Source: a virus | Taxonomy: Duplodnaviria; Caudoviricetes | DNA length: 41,957 nt | Reading direction: 5' to 3' (one strand) | IMG/VR virus record: IMGVR_UViG_3300037565_000040 | Coordinates: 1-41,957 of that record | Part shown: positions 23,087 through 32,309 of the stretch, piece by piece | How the letters are laid out: every line of letters begins with the position of its first letter | How positions within the stretch are numbered: the first letter of the stretch is position 1 | Program-made: the position numbers and the translations under genes | The notes under the pieces: generated by a model | The model's database searches: none | Seen by the model: only the letters and a program-made list of their open reading frames with translations | What the model was told of the DNA's origin: nothing

Positions 23087-23908
23087 TCAGGCTTTGAGGC
23101 GCTTTTCCACGATGGACCATGCAACGCCGATCAGGGTTGCGACGGCACCAGCAATCAGGCCGATTTCATTGTCACCGATCAGACCGGAGCCGATCAGGCC
23201 ACCGCCGAAGGTGGTAAGAACGTGACGGATCACGCCAGAGATAACGTTGGTCATTTTGGGATTGTCCTTGAGTTGGGAGGAAACACGGCCAACCGTCCAA
23301 TTGACGATAAGGCCCTCAAACCAGTCCATCAGCGTCTTGCGCTTTGGAGTGGTGGGAGATGGTGAAGGGGTGGGCTGAGAAGGCTGGGGCTGCGGAAGTG
23401 CTATCGCCATGTCCTTGGCCAAGTGCAGCACTTCGGAAACACGACGCGACCAGCCCTTGCCGAAATAGTTCCAGGTCGAGAGCCGCTTGAGGAACGCCAG
23501 CCGGTTGGCGCAGAGCTTTTCGACAAGCTTCACGCTGTCCCACTTGGCCACGGCTGCGAGGGTGATAGGGCCGATCTTGCCGTCTGGGGCTACGCCGACG
23601 ATCTCTTGCAGGTAGATGGCGGATCGAGCGGGACCGGAATTGACCGCGAAGTCAAAGACGGCGAAGTCAACGCCGTAGGGCAGATCGTCGCCCTTGATTG
23701 CGCTCCAATACCCGTCCCGGTAAATCTGCTTGACCTCCGCATCCGTGATGTTGCGAAGGTCTGTTTTGTTGGCACCCGGCTCATACCGGCGATAGGTGGC
23801 GAGCGTGATGCCTTTGTTGGTTGCCCCGCCCGGATCGGCAGGATGATCCGCCCAACCCCCTTCATGTTTCAAGACAGCAGAAAGGGCGCGCTCGAAATTC
23901 GCTCGCAT
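23087..23908 (-). CDS. Endolysin (GH108 plus PG-binding domain) with a C-terminal two-TM holin-like extension
   Basis: HEGGWADHPADPGGATNKGIT (EGG motif), DFAVNSG, DGKIGPIT, FGKGWSRRV; then a Pro-rich linker and RHVLTTFGG...GVAWS. Confidence 0.9.
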   Translation of the reverse strand: MRANFERALSAVLKHEGGWADHPADPGGATNKGITLATYRRYEPGANKTDLRNITDAEVKQIYRDGYWSAIKGDDLPYGVDFAVFDFAVNSGPARSAIYLQEIVGVAPDGKIGPITLAAVAKWDSVKLVEKLCANRLAFLKRLSTWNYFGKGWSRRVSEVLHLAKDMAIALPQPQPSQPTPSPSPTTPKRKTLMDWFEGLIVNWTVGRVSSQLKDNPKMTNVISGVIRHVLTTFGGGLIGSGLIGDNEIGLIAGAVATLIGVAWSIVEKRLKA

Positions 23909-23932
23909 GGGCAGTCTCCACAATGTAGGGGG

Positions 23933-24184
23933 TTAGTGTCGGGCGTTGCCCTTGGGCTTAATCAGCCGGTAGATGGGACGAAGAAGGATCATCAGGGCCA
24001 CACAGAAGCCCACCAGCGCCCAAGACCATTCGGGCGTGGCATTCATCAGGCAATCGAGCAATTGGCCGTCAGTGCCGCCGTTATCGTGGATTTCGCAGCA
24101 TGTGCGAATGGGGAAGAAGTGTTCGGCCCAGCCAAACCCGGTGCAGCCGTCGCTTACCAGACTATCTGTTCCGCTGCCTGCCAT
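23933..24184 (-). CDS. Small Cys-rich membrane protein, phospholipase A2-like motif
   Basis: SDGCT...CCEIHD...D..LLDCL plus a C-terminal TM segment. Confidence 0.55.
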   Translation of the reverse strand: MAGSGTDSLVSDGCTGFGWAEHFFPIRTCCEIHDNGGTDGQLLDCLMNATPEWSWALVGFCVALMILLRPIYRLIKPKGNARH

Positions 24185-24600
24185 GCTGCATCCACTTGGT
24201 CAGTCGTCAGGCCGTAAGCAGCCGTCAGCGTGTTGAGAAGCTGGTTTGTGCGCTCGAACGTGGTCGTATTCTTGAACACGATCAGGGCAAGGGCCTTGGC
24301 GTCCTGTTCGGTCTGGGTGCCTTCCGGCATTCCAGCGATAAGCTGTTCAACAGCCGCTTCTGTGACGCCTATTTTGCTCATCATGAACAGGAAGGCAGGA
24401 CGGGAAAGAGCCTTGAACGGAACGGGCGGCGCTTCATAGTCCGCGATAGTCCCGCCCCTGCGGATGAACGCAACTGGCCCATCGTCAGGCTGACGGAACA
24501 AGGTATGATTGGCAGGAACGGTTTCAGTCGCCCCGTTCGCATCAGTGCCCGTTACCATTGTGTGGGCAGCGTCGGCGTATATTGCAGATACGTAGATCAT
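24154..24600 (-). CDS. Tail-fibre-associated protein
   Basis: Follows the fibre gene; LSRPAF...FERTNQLL...GLTTDQVDAAW. Confidence 0.65.
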   Translation of the reverse strand: MIYVSAIYADAAHTMVTGTDANGATETVPANHTLFRQPDDGPVAFIRRGGTIADYEAPPVPFKALSRPAFLFMMSKIGVTEAAVEQLIAGMPEGTQTEQDAKALALIVFKNTTTFERTNQLLNTLTAAYGLTTDQVDAAWQAAEQIVW

Positions 24601-25853
24601 GAGAGCCTCGCGATTGCTACCCAATGGCCGCCAAACTGATTACCATCAACACCGGCGCTGACGTTTATGCAGAAGGTTTTCTCACTGGCGTAAGCCGACC
24701 CTGTTGAATACCCCAAACCAGCTGACATATCCTGCCATGAATTCGCGGAACCGGATGCGGGGTTGTAAGCAGTAATGTTAGGTATCTTACATTTTTGGAC
24801 GCGGAAGGTGCAGGGGACGGTGAAGGAGTTGGTGGTGGAGGCTCGAACTGCCACGATCCCACTATCTGTAATAGCTCCGGGCTTACTGCCGACAGGGTAC
24901 GTACTTTCCCAATACCGCTCACTTCGATAAACCGGATGAACCTCCCCCACCTCATACTGCCCATAGACGCCGGTAGCATCGGGATCGAGCTTTAGGCCAA
25001 CATCGAACAGTTCAAACACGCTGGACCCGGTGCCCATGCCATTCGTTACCGCCGAAGTGCCGAGGATATTCCCAGCCTGCCACCCGGTAGTGCCTTGGAA
25101 GGTCGAGCCGCAGGCCAGAACAATATCGAGGGTCAGGCCGATCACACCATCAGCCGTGAGCCATGTTCCGGTGGTATCGCCGGGAATGGAAACGGTCTGG
25201 ACGGTATCGGTGTTTGCTTCCCCTGCCCCTATGGTGAACAGGGCCACGTAGGAACGGTTTGTTGCTGAATTGCCGAGGTGAACCGCATAGGTTCCGGCTG
25301 GGCCTTTGAAGCCGAAGCGCAGAACAGAGTTCTTTGCCGAAGCGCCGCCATACTGGAAATCTGCGACGTTCGAACCTTCAAGGTTCTGGGTTAACGTCCA
25401 GTACTCACCAGCGGCAAGAGAGGCGTCCGCTACAGTCACAGTCGCCCGAAGACGGTTAGGCGAGCCAGCGGGCGTTACTGAGGCCACCTGCGCGACTGTA
25501 AGCGTACCTGCCGAGGTCACAAAGTACTGTGCCCATTGATCGACGGGGTAGCGCCCGTTTGCGGTGCCTGCGGTTGTGCCGTTCTCCTGGCTCCTCCGCA
25601 TGTCGTGGTTCACGATGCGATTGCGGCGAACGTCAACCAACCCATCAACCCCGATGTTTTCGAGGAACTGGTTTTTCTGCGCGGTCGAGAACGTAACGTC
25701 TGTGACGAACAGGTCGGCAATCTGCGCCATGACCTCGCGGAACGCATTATTTACGGCAGGAGCCTTCATGATGTTTTCGCGCAGGTCGATGCCGCCAACG
25801 TCTTCGTTGTTGATCGGCGTACCGTCCCAATCGGGAATGCTGTTCTTTGGCAT
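24597..25853 (-). CDS. Tail fibre / receptor-binding protein
   Basis: N-terminal attachment segment (VNNAFREVMAQIA); RNRIVNHDMRRSQ...PVDQW beta-rich domain; last structural gene before lysis. Confidence 0.75.
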   Translation of the reverse strand: MPKNSIPDWDGTPINNEDVGGIDLRENIMKAPAVNNAFREVMAQIADLFVTDVTFSTAQKNQFLENIGVDGLVDVRRNRIVNHDMRRSQENGTTAGTANGRYPVDQWAQYFVTSAGTLTVAQVASVTPAGSPNRLRATVTVADASLAAGEYWTLTQNLEGSNVADFQYGGASAKNSVLRFGFKGPAGTYAVHLGNSATNRSYVALFTIGAGEANTDTVQTVSIPGDTTGTWLTADGVIGLTLDIVLACGSTFQGTTGWQAGNILGTSAVTNGMGTGSSVFELFDVGLKLDPDATGVYGQYEVGEVHPVYRSERYWESTYPVGSKPGAITDSGIVAVRASTTNSFTVPCTFRVQKCKIPNITAYNPASGSANSWQDMSAGLGYSTGSAYASEKTFCINVSAGVDGNQFGGHWVAIARLS

Positions 25854-25864
25854 GTTCTATCCTC

Positions 25865-27523
25865 TTAGCGACGACCGGAAAGGGTGCCGATTGGCTGGAC
25901 TGCGCCGTCTATGGTGCCGCCGTGTCCGAATGCAGTGGGGCCGCGCGAACGGGCGCGAATAGCCGCCAGCATTTGTTCGCGGGTTGGGGTGGGTGCGCGT
26001 TGTGGCGCGTTGTATGAGCCAGCCCCGTTGACCGTGCCGCGAAGGGCGTTCGGGTTAGGCCGCTGGGCAACAGGGGTTGGCATTGCGAAGGGGTTGGCCC
26101 TTGGCATGGGAAGGGTTGGGCGCTGCCCCATTGGGGTAGGCATGGAGAAGGGCACCGGACGCGGGCGTGGCATTGGCGGGAAGCCAGCATTCGGCACCAC
26201 ATCAAGCGCCGTCCCTACTGTGGGAACCGCACTCGGCACAGCGTCCAGACCGGCGATTTGCACACGCGGCGGAGGCAATAACCGTTCGTTGCCCTTTGCG
26301 AAATTGTTCGGGCCAGGAATGGCTGTTGTCGGGAGAGGCGCGGCCAAGGTTTCGCGGGGATTGGCAAGCCCAAATTCGGATAGGAAAGCCGAACGGGTCG
26401 GCATGGCCCCTCGATCTGCCGTTATTCCCATTGCAGGAGAGGCAGGGGCAGGCACAGAGGCGACAGAACGGGTGGCGGGCGGTCTACCCACGCCGGAGGC
26501 TTCCAAAGCCCTCTGCAAGCCCGGATCGACGGCGGCAGCGGTGCGCTGCATTGATGTGTCGATCATTGAACGCTGGTTGCGCTGCTCAAGGGCGCGTTGC
26601 AGACCCGGATCGACTGCCGCATTAGCCCGGTCCATAGTGGTGCTGACCAGATTTGCCGGGGCATGGTTGGACGGGGGAAGCGGGGGAAGGCTTTGGCGCT
26701 GTGGTGTCGGGACAGATGCAACGGTCTGGCCGCGATCATAGGGCACGACTGGCATACCGGGGCGCGGACGCGGGAGAGGCGGTGGCGCACGATCCGGGGT
26801 TAGCGAACCAAGCCCTCCAACGACGCTGGTCGGGGTCTGGTCGGGGATCTGATAGGTGTATGCCTGTTCATTGCCCGGTGCGAGGCGCGGGGTAAACCAG
26901 TTAGTCGGCACTTGGCGCGAGGCTGCGCTTGTGGGGGCGTTGGTCCGGCCTTCGATCTGTTGCGGGCGCTGTGTGTCGGTCTGCGTGGCGACAACGTTCG
27001 GGACCGAGCCGGGTGGAATGAGCGAGGCACGTTGATTGGCCTTGTTCACCCACTGCCCTGCAAACTGGCCTGCCGACTGGTTGAGGTTGCCGCCATTGAG
27101 GCGAACGGCCTGCGCGGCCCGGTTGCGGTCCCCATAGACGCCCGTCAGCACATCAACGGCAGGACGCCCCGGATTGGTCAGAAGCGCACGAGCGCCGGTT
27201 AGGCCCTGCTGATGCGCCAGGTACAATTCACCGGCATTCGCTGGACGGCCAAGGGTGCGTTCCAATGACCGGGCATTGGTTGCCATCATTCTTGCGGCTG
27301 CATCCGCCTGTGCAGCAGGATCATTGCGCTTTGAACCCGTCAGCCCGTATTCATTGGCCGTGCTGTCCACGAACTGGAAAAGCCCCGAAGCAGACGAACG
27401 TGGGTTCTCTGCTGCAATGTTTCCGGAGCTTTCCAGATTGGCGATTGCCATCAGTGCATCGGTTGGCACACCATGACGCGCCGCCGCGCCTTCGATGATG
27501 CTGGCAATTTCATCAGCGGTCAT
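25865..27523 (-). CDS. Virion lytic transglycosylase (SLT) with a long Pro-rich tail; probable ejection protein
   Basis: IANLESSGN...SSASGLFQF...LYLAHQQG. Confidence 0.82.
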   Translation of the reverse strand: MTADEIASIIEGAAARHGVPTDALMAIANLESSGNIAAENPRSSASGLFQFVDSTANEYGLTGSKRNDPAAQADAAARMMATNARSLERTLGRPANAGELYLAHQQGLTGARALLTNPGRPAVDVLTGVYGDRNRAAQAVRLNGGNLNQSAGQFAGQWVNKANQRASLIPPGSVPNVVATQTDTQRPQQIEGRTNAPTSAASRQVPTNWFTPRLAPGNEQAYTYQIPDQTPTSVVGGLGSLTPDRAPPPLPRPRPGMPVVPYDRGQTVASVPTPQRQSLPPLPPSNHAPANLVSTTMDRANAAVDPGLQRALEQRNQRSMIDTSMQRTAAAVDPGLQRALEASGVGRPPATRSVASVPAPASPAMGITADRGAMPTRSAFLSEFGLANPRETLAAPLPTTAIPGPNNFAKGNERLLPPPRVQIAGLDAVPSAVPTVGTALDVVPNAGFPPMPRPRPVPFSMPTPMGQRPTLPMPRANPFAMPTPVAQRPNPNALRGTVNGAGSYNAPQRAPTPTREQMLAAIRARSRGPTAFGHGGTIDGAVQPIGTLSGRR

Positions 27524-27537
27524 GCGTTACCCCATAG

Positions 27538-27573
27538 AAAAAGGGCCACTCCGGAGAGTGACCCTTGGTTTTT
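27538..27573 (-). terminator. Rho-independent terminator after the ant operon (possibly bidirectional)
   Basis: AAAAAGGGCCACTC-CGGA-GAGTGACCCTTggTTTTT. Confidence 0.7.
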
Positions 27574-27589
27574 CGGTGATGTGCGCCAG

Positions 27590-27802
27590 CTAGGCGGCTT
27601 TCTGTAGTTCCTGCGGGATCATCGCTTCGACAGTGACAATCGCGTGGAGCAGACGTTCTTCGACCATACCAAGAAGCGTTTCCATGGCATCGCGCTGTCG
27701 CTGGTCGTCAATGTCTGCACATCCCATGTGAACGGCGTTCACGAGGCTAAGCGTCATGCCCAAGTGGTCGGAGAAATCGATCAGGTCGCTGTTCTTGCTC
27801 AT
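27590..27802 (-). CDS. Hypothetical protein
   Basis: ATGA overlap with ant; MSKNSDLIDFS... Confidence 0.65.
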   Translation of the reverse strand: MSKNSDLIDFSDHLGMTLSLVNAVHMGCADIDDQRQRDAMETLLGMVEERLLHAIVTVEAMIPQELQKAA

Positions 27803-28506
27803 GCTGCTGCCGCCTGCTTTGGGAATGCCTTGGCGAGAACTGTCAACCCCTTCGGAGTGACGCGTACCTGAGTGCCAATCCACTCGGTGCCGTCCGGGCG
27901 TGGGCCGGTGGTTACTTTGTGCTCCAGCAGCCCCGCATTGATCTTCGACTGGAACGCCAAGTCGTCTTTTGCGCCAGCGCGGCGGTAGGTCCAAGCGTTT
28001 GTGCGCATCCACCGGCAGAGCACGTGAGGCGGGACGCCCAGATGCTTCGCTGTTTCGGTGCGGTTCAAGCTGCCGTGCGCTTCCGCAATCTGCTCATACG
28101 CCTCAACGGTCGGGGTCATTTCTTCGACGCGGCTCTGTAGGGACAAGACCTTCTCGACATTTTCGAGCAACAGGTAACGAAGCTGTTGCGGATCATTGAG
28201 CGCTGCGACCGGGTCGGCTTTCCGTGCCTCCAGTTCGTCCAGCCGGTCGATGACCTTCTTGCGCAGAGGGATGCTGTAGCCTGTGACCAGTGTCATGGTC
28301 AGATCACGGGGCAAAGCAAACTCGTCGTACTGCTGACTGTTCTGGGGGTCTGTCCATTTCTGGATATACCCCATCTCGTCAAGATCGAGGGCGGCGAACA
28401 TGGTGCGAGTGTCGCGCATGACGTGCATGTGCTTTTTCTCACAAAGCTCCGCAATCTCGCGGGTGGTCATGGTGGCGGGCTTCGTGATATTGGTCAGGTC
28501 GTTCAT
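27799..28506 (-). CDS. Antirepressor (Rha N-terminal domain plus KilAC/ANT C-terminal domain)
   Basis: MTTREIAELCEKKHMHVMRD...LVTGYSIPLR; QVRVTPKGL. Confidence 0.88.
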   Translation of the reverse strand: MNDLTNITKPATMTTREIAELCEKKHMHVMRDTRTMFAALDLDEMGYIQKWTDPQNSQQYDEFALPRDLTMTLVTGYSIPLRKKVIDRLDELEARKADPVAALNDPQQLRYLLLENVEKVLSLQSRVEEMTPTVEAYEQIAEAHGSLNRTETAKHLGVPPHVLCRWMRTNAWTYRRAGAKDDLAFQSKINAGLLEHKVTTGPRPDGTEWIGTQVRVTPKGLTVLAKAFPKQAAAA

Positions 28507-28579
28507 CTGGGTACTTTCTCTACCTAGTTGATCATGGTTCCGCCCTGCGAAGGCGGGGCTAATGTTGACAGCGGCGGGG

Positions 28580-28963
28580 CTAGAGGCCTGCGAAACCTTC
28601 CCCGTCGCTGCCGTTGCGCCCAAACAGGCGCTTGAAATGGGCCATGCCCTTTTCGGTAATCTTGATCTCGTTGCCGATACCAAAAGTTCCGTCCGGGTAC
28701 TGCAACTTGACGCGCTCCTGCGTCATAAGGCCTTGGCTAAGTGGTTCCGGCGTTGCCACCTGCGTGTAGTCATTCCCTTCTTCGTCGTGGCCGTTGAAGT
28801 CCACGTGTACGATGCGCATAGGGCGCTCCATCTTCATAATCTGGCGGACTGCTAGAGCGATCTCGGCGCTCTGGGTCCGCTTGTTTGCTTTAGCGCGATG
28901 CTCAATCCACCGCTTTTCCTCAGCGGGGAGACGAATTCGCAATTGAGGGTCTAGTCGGGACAT
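28580..28963 (-). CDS. Arc-family repressor with a C-terminal KilAC-like extension
   Basis: DPQLRIRLPAE...A.ANKRTQSAEI; C-terminal IKITEKGMAHF. Confidence 0.8.
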   Translation of the reverse strand: MSRLDPQLRIRLPAEEKRWIEHRAKANKRTQSAEIALAVRQIMKMERPMRIVHVDFNGHDEEGNDYTQVATPEPLSQGLMTQERVKLQYPDGTFGIGNEIKITEKGMAHFKRLFGRNGSDGEGFAGL

Positions 28964-28974
28964 TTTTCCTTTCC

Positions 28975-29043
28975 ATGCCACACCGTGCGGCACGTCATGT
29001 GTGGCATGCGTGTGGCATAGCCGTCAAGCTGTTTGTGTGGCAT
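28975..29043. promoter_or_regulatory. Arc/Mnt operator region between divergent genes
   Basis: GTGTGGCAT at 28999, 29010 and 29035, with an inverted copy ATGCCACAC at 28975; minus-strand TTGACG at 29022-27. Confidence 0.7.
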
Positions 29044-29052
29044 TTGAGCGGC

Positions 29053-29292
29053 ATGGCCCGCGACGACCAACATTTTAGGCTGCGCATCCCCGAAGACCTC
29101 AAGGCTCGGGTGGAAACTGCTGCGCGTGAGAACCACCGTTCCATGACCGCCGAAATCATCGCCCGCCTTGAACTGACATTCTCCCATGGCCCCATGGTGG
29201 ATGAAGAACTGGCGCAACTCGTTATCGAGAAGCTCCAGGTATTCAGTGAGCGCCTTGACGAACTGGAGACAAAGCGCAGTGAAGAAAGTTAA
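29053..29292 (+). CDS. Arc/Mnt-family repressor
   Basis: DQHFRLRIPEDLKARVETAARENHRSMTAEIIARLE. Confidence 0.9.
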   Translation: MARDDQHFRLRIPEDLKARVETAARENHRSMTAEIIARLELTFSHGPMVDEELAQLVIEKLQVFSERLDELETKRSEES

Positions 29293-29578
29293 GAACCTGG
29301 CGCTACCGGCGCTGTTCGTTATCGGCATGTGGGCGCTTAGCGCAGTTGTCGGGCCTGAGACTTGGCACTCTTGGACGCCGATCATGTTAGGCGTTCTAGC
29401 GATGGCGATTTACGCCCACTTTCAGGTCAAGTTTGAGAATATCGAAATGGACCTCGACATGATCGAAGAGGCTCTAGACCGCATAGAGCCAGACTACCAT
29501 CACCAAGTTGCCCGTTTCCGCTATGGCCGTTCGCGTCCCGATATACTCAATCCGAGGGCTGACAATGCCTCAGATTGA
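29279..29578 (+). CDS. Two-TM membrane protein (moron)
   Basis: GGAG RBS and GTG start; two hydrophobic helices. Confidence 0.6.
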   Translation: MKKVKNLALPALFVIGMWALSAVVGPETWHSWTPIMLGVLAMAIYAHFQVKFENIEMDLDMIEEALDRIEPDYHHQVARFRYGRSRPDILNPRADNASD

Positions 29579-29771
29579 CTTAGAGCCTAAAGATTACTCT
29601 GCAACCTCCGTGAAGGGGGAGGCTGTTTTCCGCCAAGGCGGGTTGCGCAAGCTCTTCCTGTGGCTTGCCCTAATAGCAGCCCTCATTGGGCTGCGTTACG
29701 TATTTGAGATGGCATTGCTGCCCTTCGTGGCCCCGGCGGCAGAAGCCGTTACTAGGCTGTTCTTCAATTAA
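29565..29771 (+). CDS. Small membrane protein (moron)
   Basis: GAGG RBS; LFLWLALIAALIGL. Confidence 0.55.
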   Translation: MPQIDLEPKDYSATSVKGEAVFRQGGLRKLFLWLALIAALIGLRYVFEMALLPFVAPAAEAVTRLFFN

Positions 29772-31341
29772 GCGCCGTCAGTCGCGGCAGCGGCAACTGA
29801 GGGAGCGGGAGTTGCGGTGCCTGAGCACCTGCGCCCGCCGTTAGTGCCTGTGTGACCGCTGGCGCTGCGCCTGACACGACTTGCGGCATCTGCCCGCCAG
29901 ACCGTGCCATAGCAGCAGCAAGGCGGGCATTATTGAGGGTCATTGCAGTTGCGGCGCTGCGCCCTGCCATCCCTACGCCCATTGTTCCAGCGCCCAGAGC
30001 CGCACCAAGGCCGGGACCGCCAATTGCGTTGCCAACGGCAAACGGGATGCCGAAACTCCCACCCATACTGACAATTCCGGTCGGGGCCAGCTTGCCGAGG
30101 TAACGGGCCACATTCTCGATTTTGCCACCACGCGCCACAGACTGGATCGCGAGGATTTCTTGCCCCGACAGGCCCTTGAGTTGGCCTTTGACAATTGCCC
30201 GATCTAGCGCCCGGAATTCGGTGCGGAGAGCGTTCTCAAAGCCCGAACCTGAGAACTGCCCTGCCCGCGCCCCGGCAAGCTCGATGGCCGTCTCGATCAT
30301 GTCGCCCTTCATTGCGCGGCTGTATATCTGGTTGGCCTGTGCGATTTCCGGGGCGATGGGATCAAGGAATCGATGAAACTCGTCCATCATCGCCATTGCA
30401 ATGCGGCGCTCATCCCCATCCGGGCTTTTGAGTGCATTCTGGATAAGGCGACGAACCGACTGCATTTGATCGACCGACAGATTGCCCTGAGCGTAATCGT
30501 CAAAGGACCGGATAAGTTCGCTGACCTTCTGGTAGCTGTTATTGATGCGCCCGGTCGGCGTGATAATGCCTTCGGCGGCTGCGATTGCCCGCATATTCTG
30601 CGCCATCTGAGCGCTTGCGGGCTGTGCCAGAGTTGCCCCGCTCTTGCGCGCAGTTTCATACAGGGTTGATGCGCTGTCCTTGAGGGCTTCCACGCTGGGG
30701 ATCGCGTTCTGTGCAGCACGATTGGCCAGCGCGCCAGCGCCAGCGCCAAGCGCGCCACCAAAGGCCCCGCCGATTGCGCCGCCCTGCAAGGCTAGGTTCA
30801 TCCTTTCCTGCGCAGTCTCACCCTCGCCAGCGCCTGCAAGAGCGCCGTAGGCGGCACCTTCTGCCAAACCGCGTCCACCCATAGACAATGCCGTTGGCTT
30901 GGCTCCATTGAGCAGCGTAAGGCCACCGCGAGCCGCGCCAATGCCTGAGCCGACCGAGCCAGCGACATTGCCAACGGTGAAGGCCGTGGGATTAGCAGCT
31001 TCCGCCTCGGCAAAGCCTTGGCGGTTACGCTCAACCGCTTGGTTCCACGAACGGCCAGGATCAAACGGCTTACCCTGAACAGCGTCAATGCCCATCTCAA
31101 TCGGGGCCATCATTGTGCCAAGGATTTCGTCGCCCCAGCCGAAAGTCATGCCTTGCATCAAACCAGACTGCGCCGATTGGATCGCGTTTGGCGTTTGCGC
31201 CGGGGCAAGCCCGACCTTCTGATCAAAGTCGGCACGGGGCATGTCGCTGTAGTGCTTGGAATAGAGCGCATCGGCCAATTGCCGGTCACTCATGTCCTCG
31301 TACTGCGGATATTGCTGCCGAATTTCAGCAAGAGTTGCCAT
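29764..31341 (-). CDS. DNA ejection / internal virion protein
   Basis: QQYPQYEDMSD..LADALY N-terminus; QGMTFGWGDEI; Gly/Ala-rich; P22 gp16-like position. Confidence 0.7.
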   Translation of the reverse strand: MATLAEIRQQYPQYEDMSDRQLADALYSKHYSDMPRADFDQKVGLAPAQTPNAIQSAQSGLMQGMTFGWGDEILGTMMAPIEMGIDAVQGKPFDPGRSWNQAVERNRQGFAEAEAANPTAFTVGNVAGSVGSGIGAARGGLTLLNGAKPTALSMGGRGLAEGAAYGALAGAGEGETAQERMNLALQGGAIGGAFGGALGAGAGALANRAAQNAIPSVEALKDSASTLYETARKSGATLAQPASAQMAQNMRAIAAAEGIITPTGRINNSYQKVSELIRSFDDYAQGNLSVDQMQSVRRLIQNALKSPDGDERRIAMAMMDEFHRFLDPIAPEIAQANQIYSRAMKGDMIETAIELAGARAGQFSGSGFENALRTEFRALDRAIVKGQLKGLSGQEILAIQSVARGGKIENVARYLGKLAPTGIVSMGGSFGIPFAVGNAIGGPGLGAALGAGTMGVGMAGRSAATAMTLNNARLAAAMARSGGQMPQVVSGAAPAVTQALTAGAGAQAPQLPLPQLPLPRLTALN

Positions 31342-32306
31342 TAGCGAATTCCAAGCGGGTCATTTGCAGCCGGGGAAGCCGCAGGAGCCTTGTAGTTGGC
31401 GAGCGGGTTGGGAACCTGCCCCTGCAATCTGCGGCCCTCTGCGGGGGTAATTTGTCGGTTGGCAACGGCCTGAGCGATTTCGGCCTGAGCGACGGTATAT
31501 TCGTTGATCGCCTTCATGGTCGAAAGGATCATCTGATTACCACCGGGCTGATTGATAATCTGCGGCAAGGACGCCTTGAACAGCGCCAGATCGGCATCCG
31601 ACATTGTGCCCGAACCAGGCGGGCGCTGTCCCGGCACCATCTGGTTGATGAGGGCTTGTGCGGCCTGCACTTCGTCCACGCCCTGCGTCGGGATGCCAAG
31701 AGAACCCGCCATCTGGACAAAGCTACCTTCCATGCCCTGAGGCGCGCTCTGCAAGAGACGGTCAAGCTCACCTAGCCGGATGTTGTTGCTCTGGGCGTTC
31801 ATTCCGGCGTTGATAAGGTCGCTCGTCTGCGTGGCGAGGTTCTTGTCAAGCTGGTCATAGTAAGCGTCGGTCGCGCCCATGTTGTTGTTAATGACCGTCT
31901 CAGGCCCGCCGTTGATGAAGTCCGCAAAATCGGGGTGCTGCTGTGAGAACAGATAATTTTGCATGTCTGCGGTCATGTTCGGGGCCTGCGGCTGGCTCCG
32001 CTTCAACCCTTCGGACCAAGCCGCACCAATATCCCCTGTGGCCTGTGCCATCTGAACGAGGTCGTCATAGCCCTGAGACTGGAGCCATTCCACCGTGGCG
32101 TTGCGGGACTGTTCTTCTTTGGCCTTTTCTTCAGCCTCGAGCATGTACTGGTTATCGAGTTCAGCGCCCCGCATGAAGCCTTGACCGCCAGCAGCAAGAC
32201 CCTTAGCAAAATTGTTACCAGAGAGCAGCCCTGTACCAAGTCCAATGAGCGCATTTGCCCCGTTCTTGGACTGGAAGCCCTTCCAGAAATCGTCTTGTCC
32301 CCACAT
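31341..32306 (-). CDS. DNA ejection / internal virion protein
   Basis: GSGTMSDADL motif; Q/N/A-rich; position. Confidence 0.65.
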   Translation of the reverse strand: MWGQDDFWKGFQSKNGANALIGLGTGLLSGNNFAKGLAAGGQGFMRGAELDNQYMLEAEEKAKEEQSRNATVEWLQSQGYDDLVQMAQATGDIGAAWSEGLKRSQPQAPNMTADMQNYLFSQQHPDFADFINGGPETVINNNMGATDAYYDQLDKNLATQTSDLINAGMNAQSNNIRLGELDRLLQSAPQGMEGSFVQMAGSLGIPTQGVDEVQAAQALINQMVPGQRPPGSGTMSDADLALFKASLPQIINQPGGNQMILSTMKAINEYTVAQAEIAQAVANRQITPAEGRRLQGQVPNPLANYKAPAASPAANDPLGIR

Positions 32307-32309
32307 GAC

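Noticed and set aside
24597-25853. Diversity-generating retroelement or invertible tail-fibre system
   Set aside because: No reverse transcriptase, invertase or template/variable repeat pair was seen in the genome.
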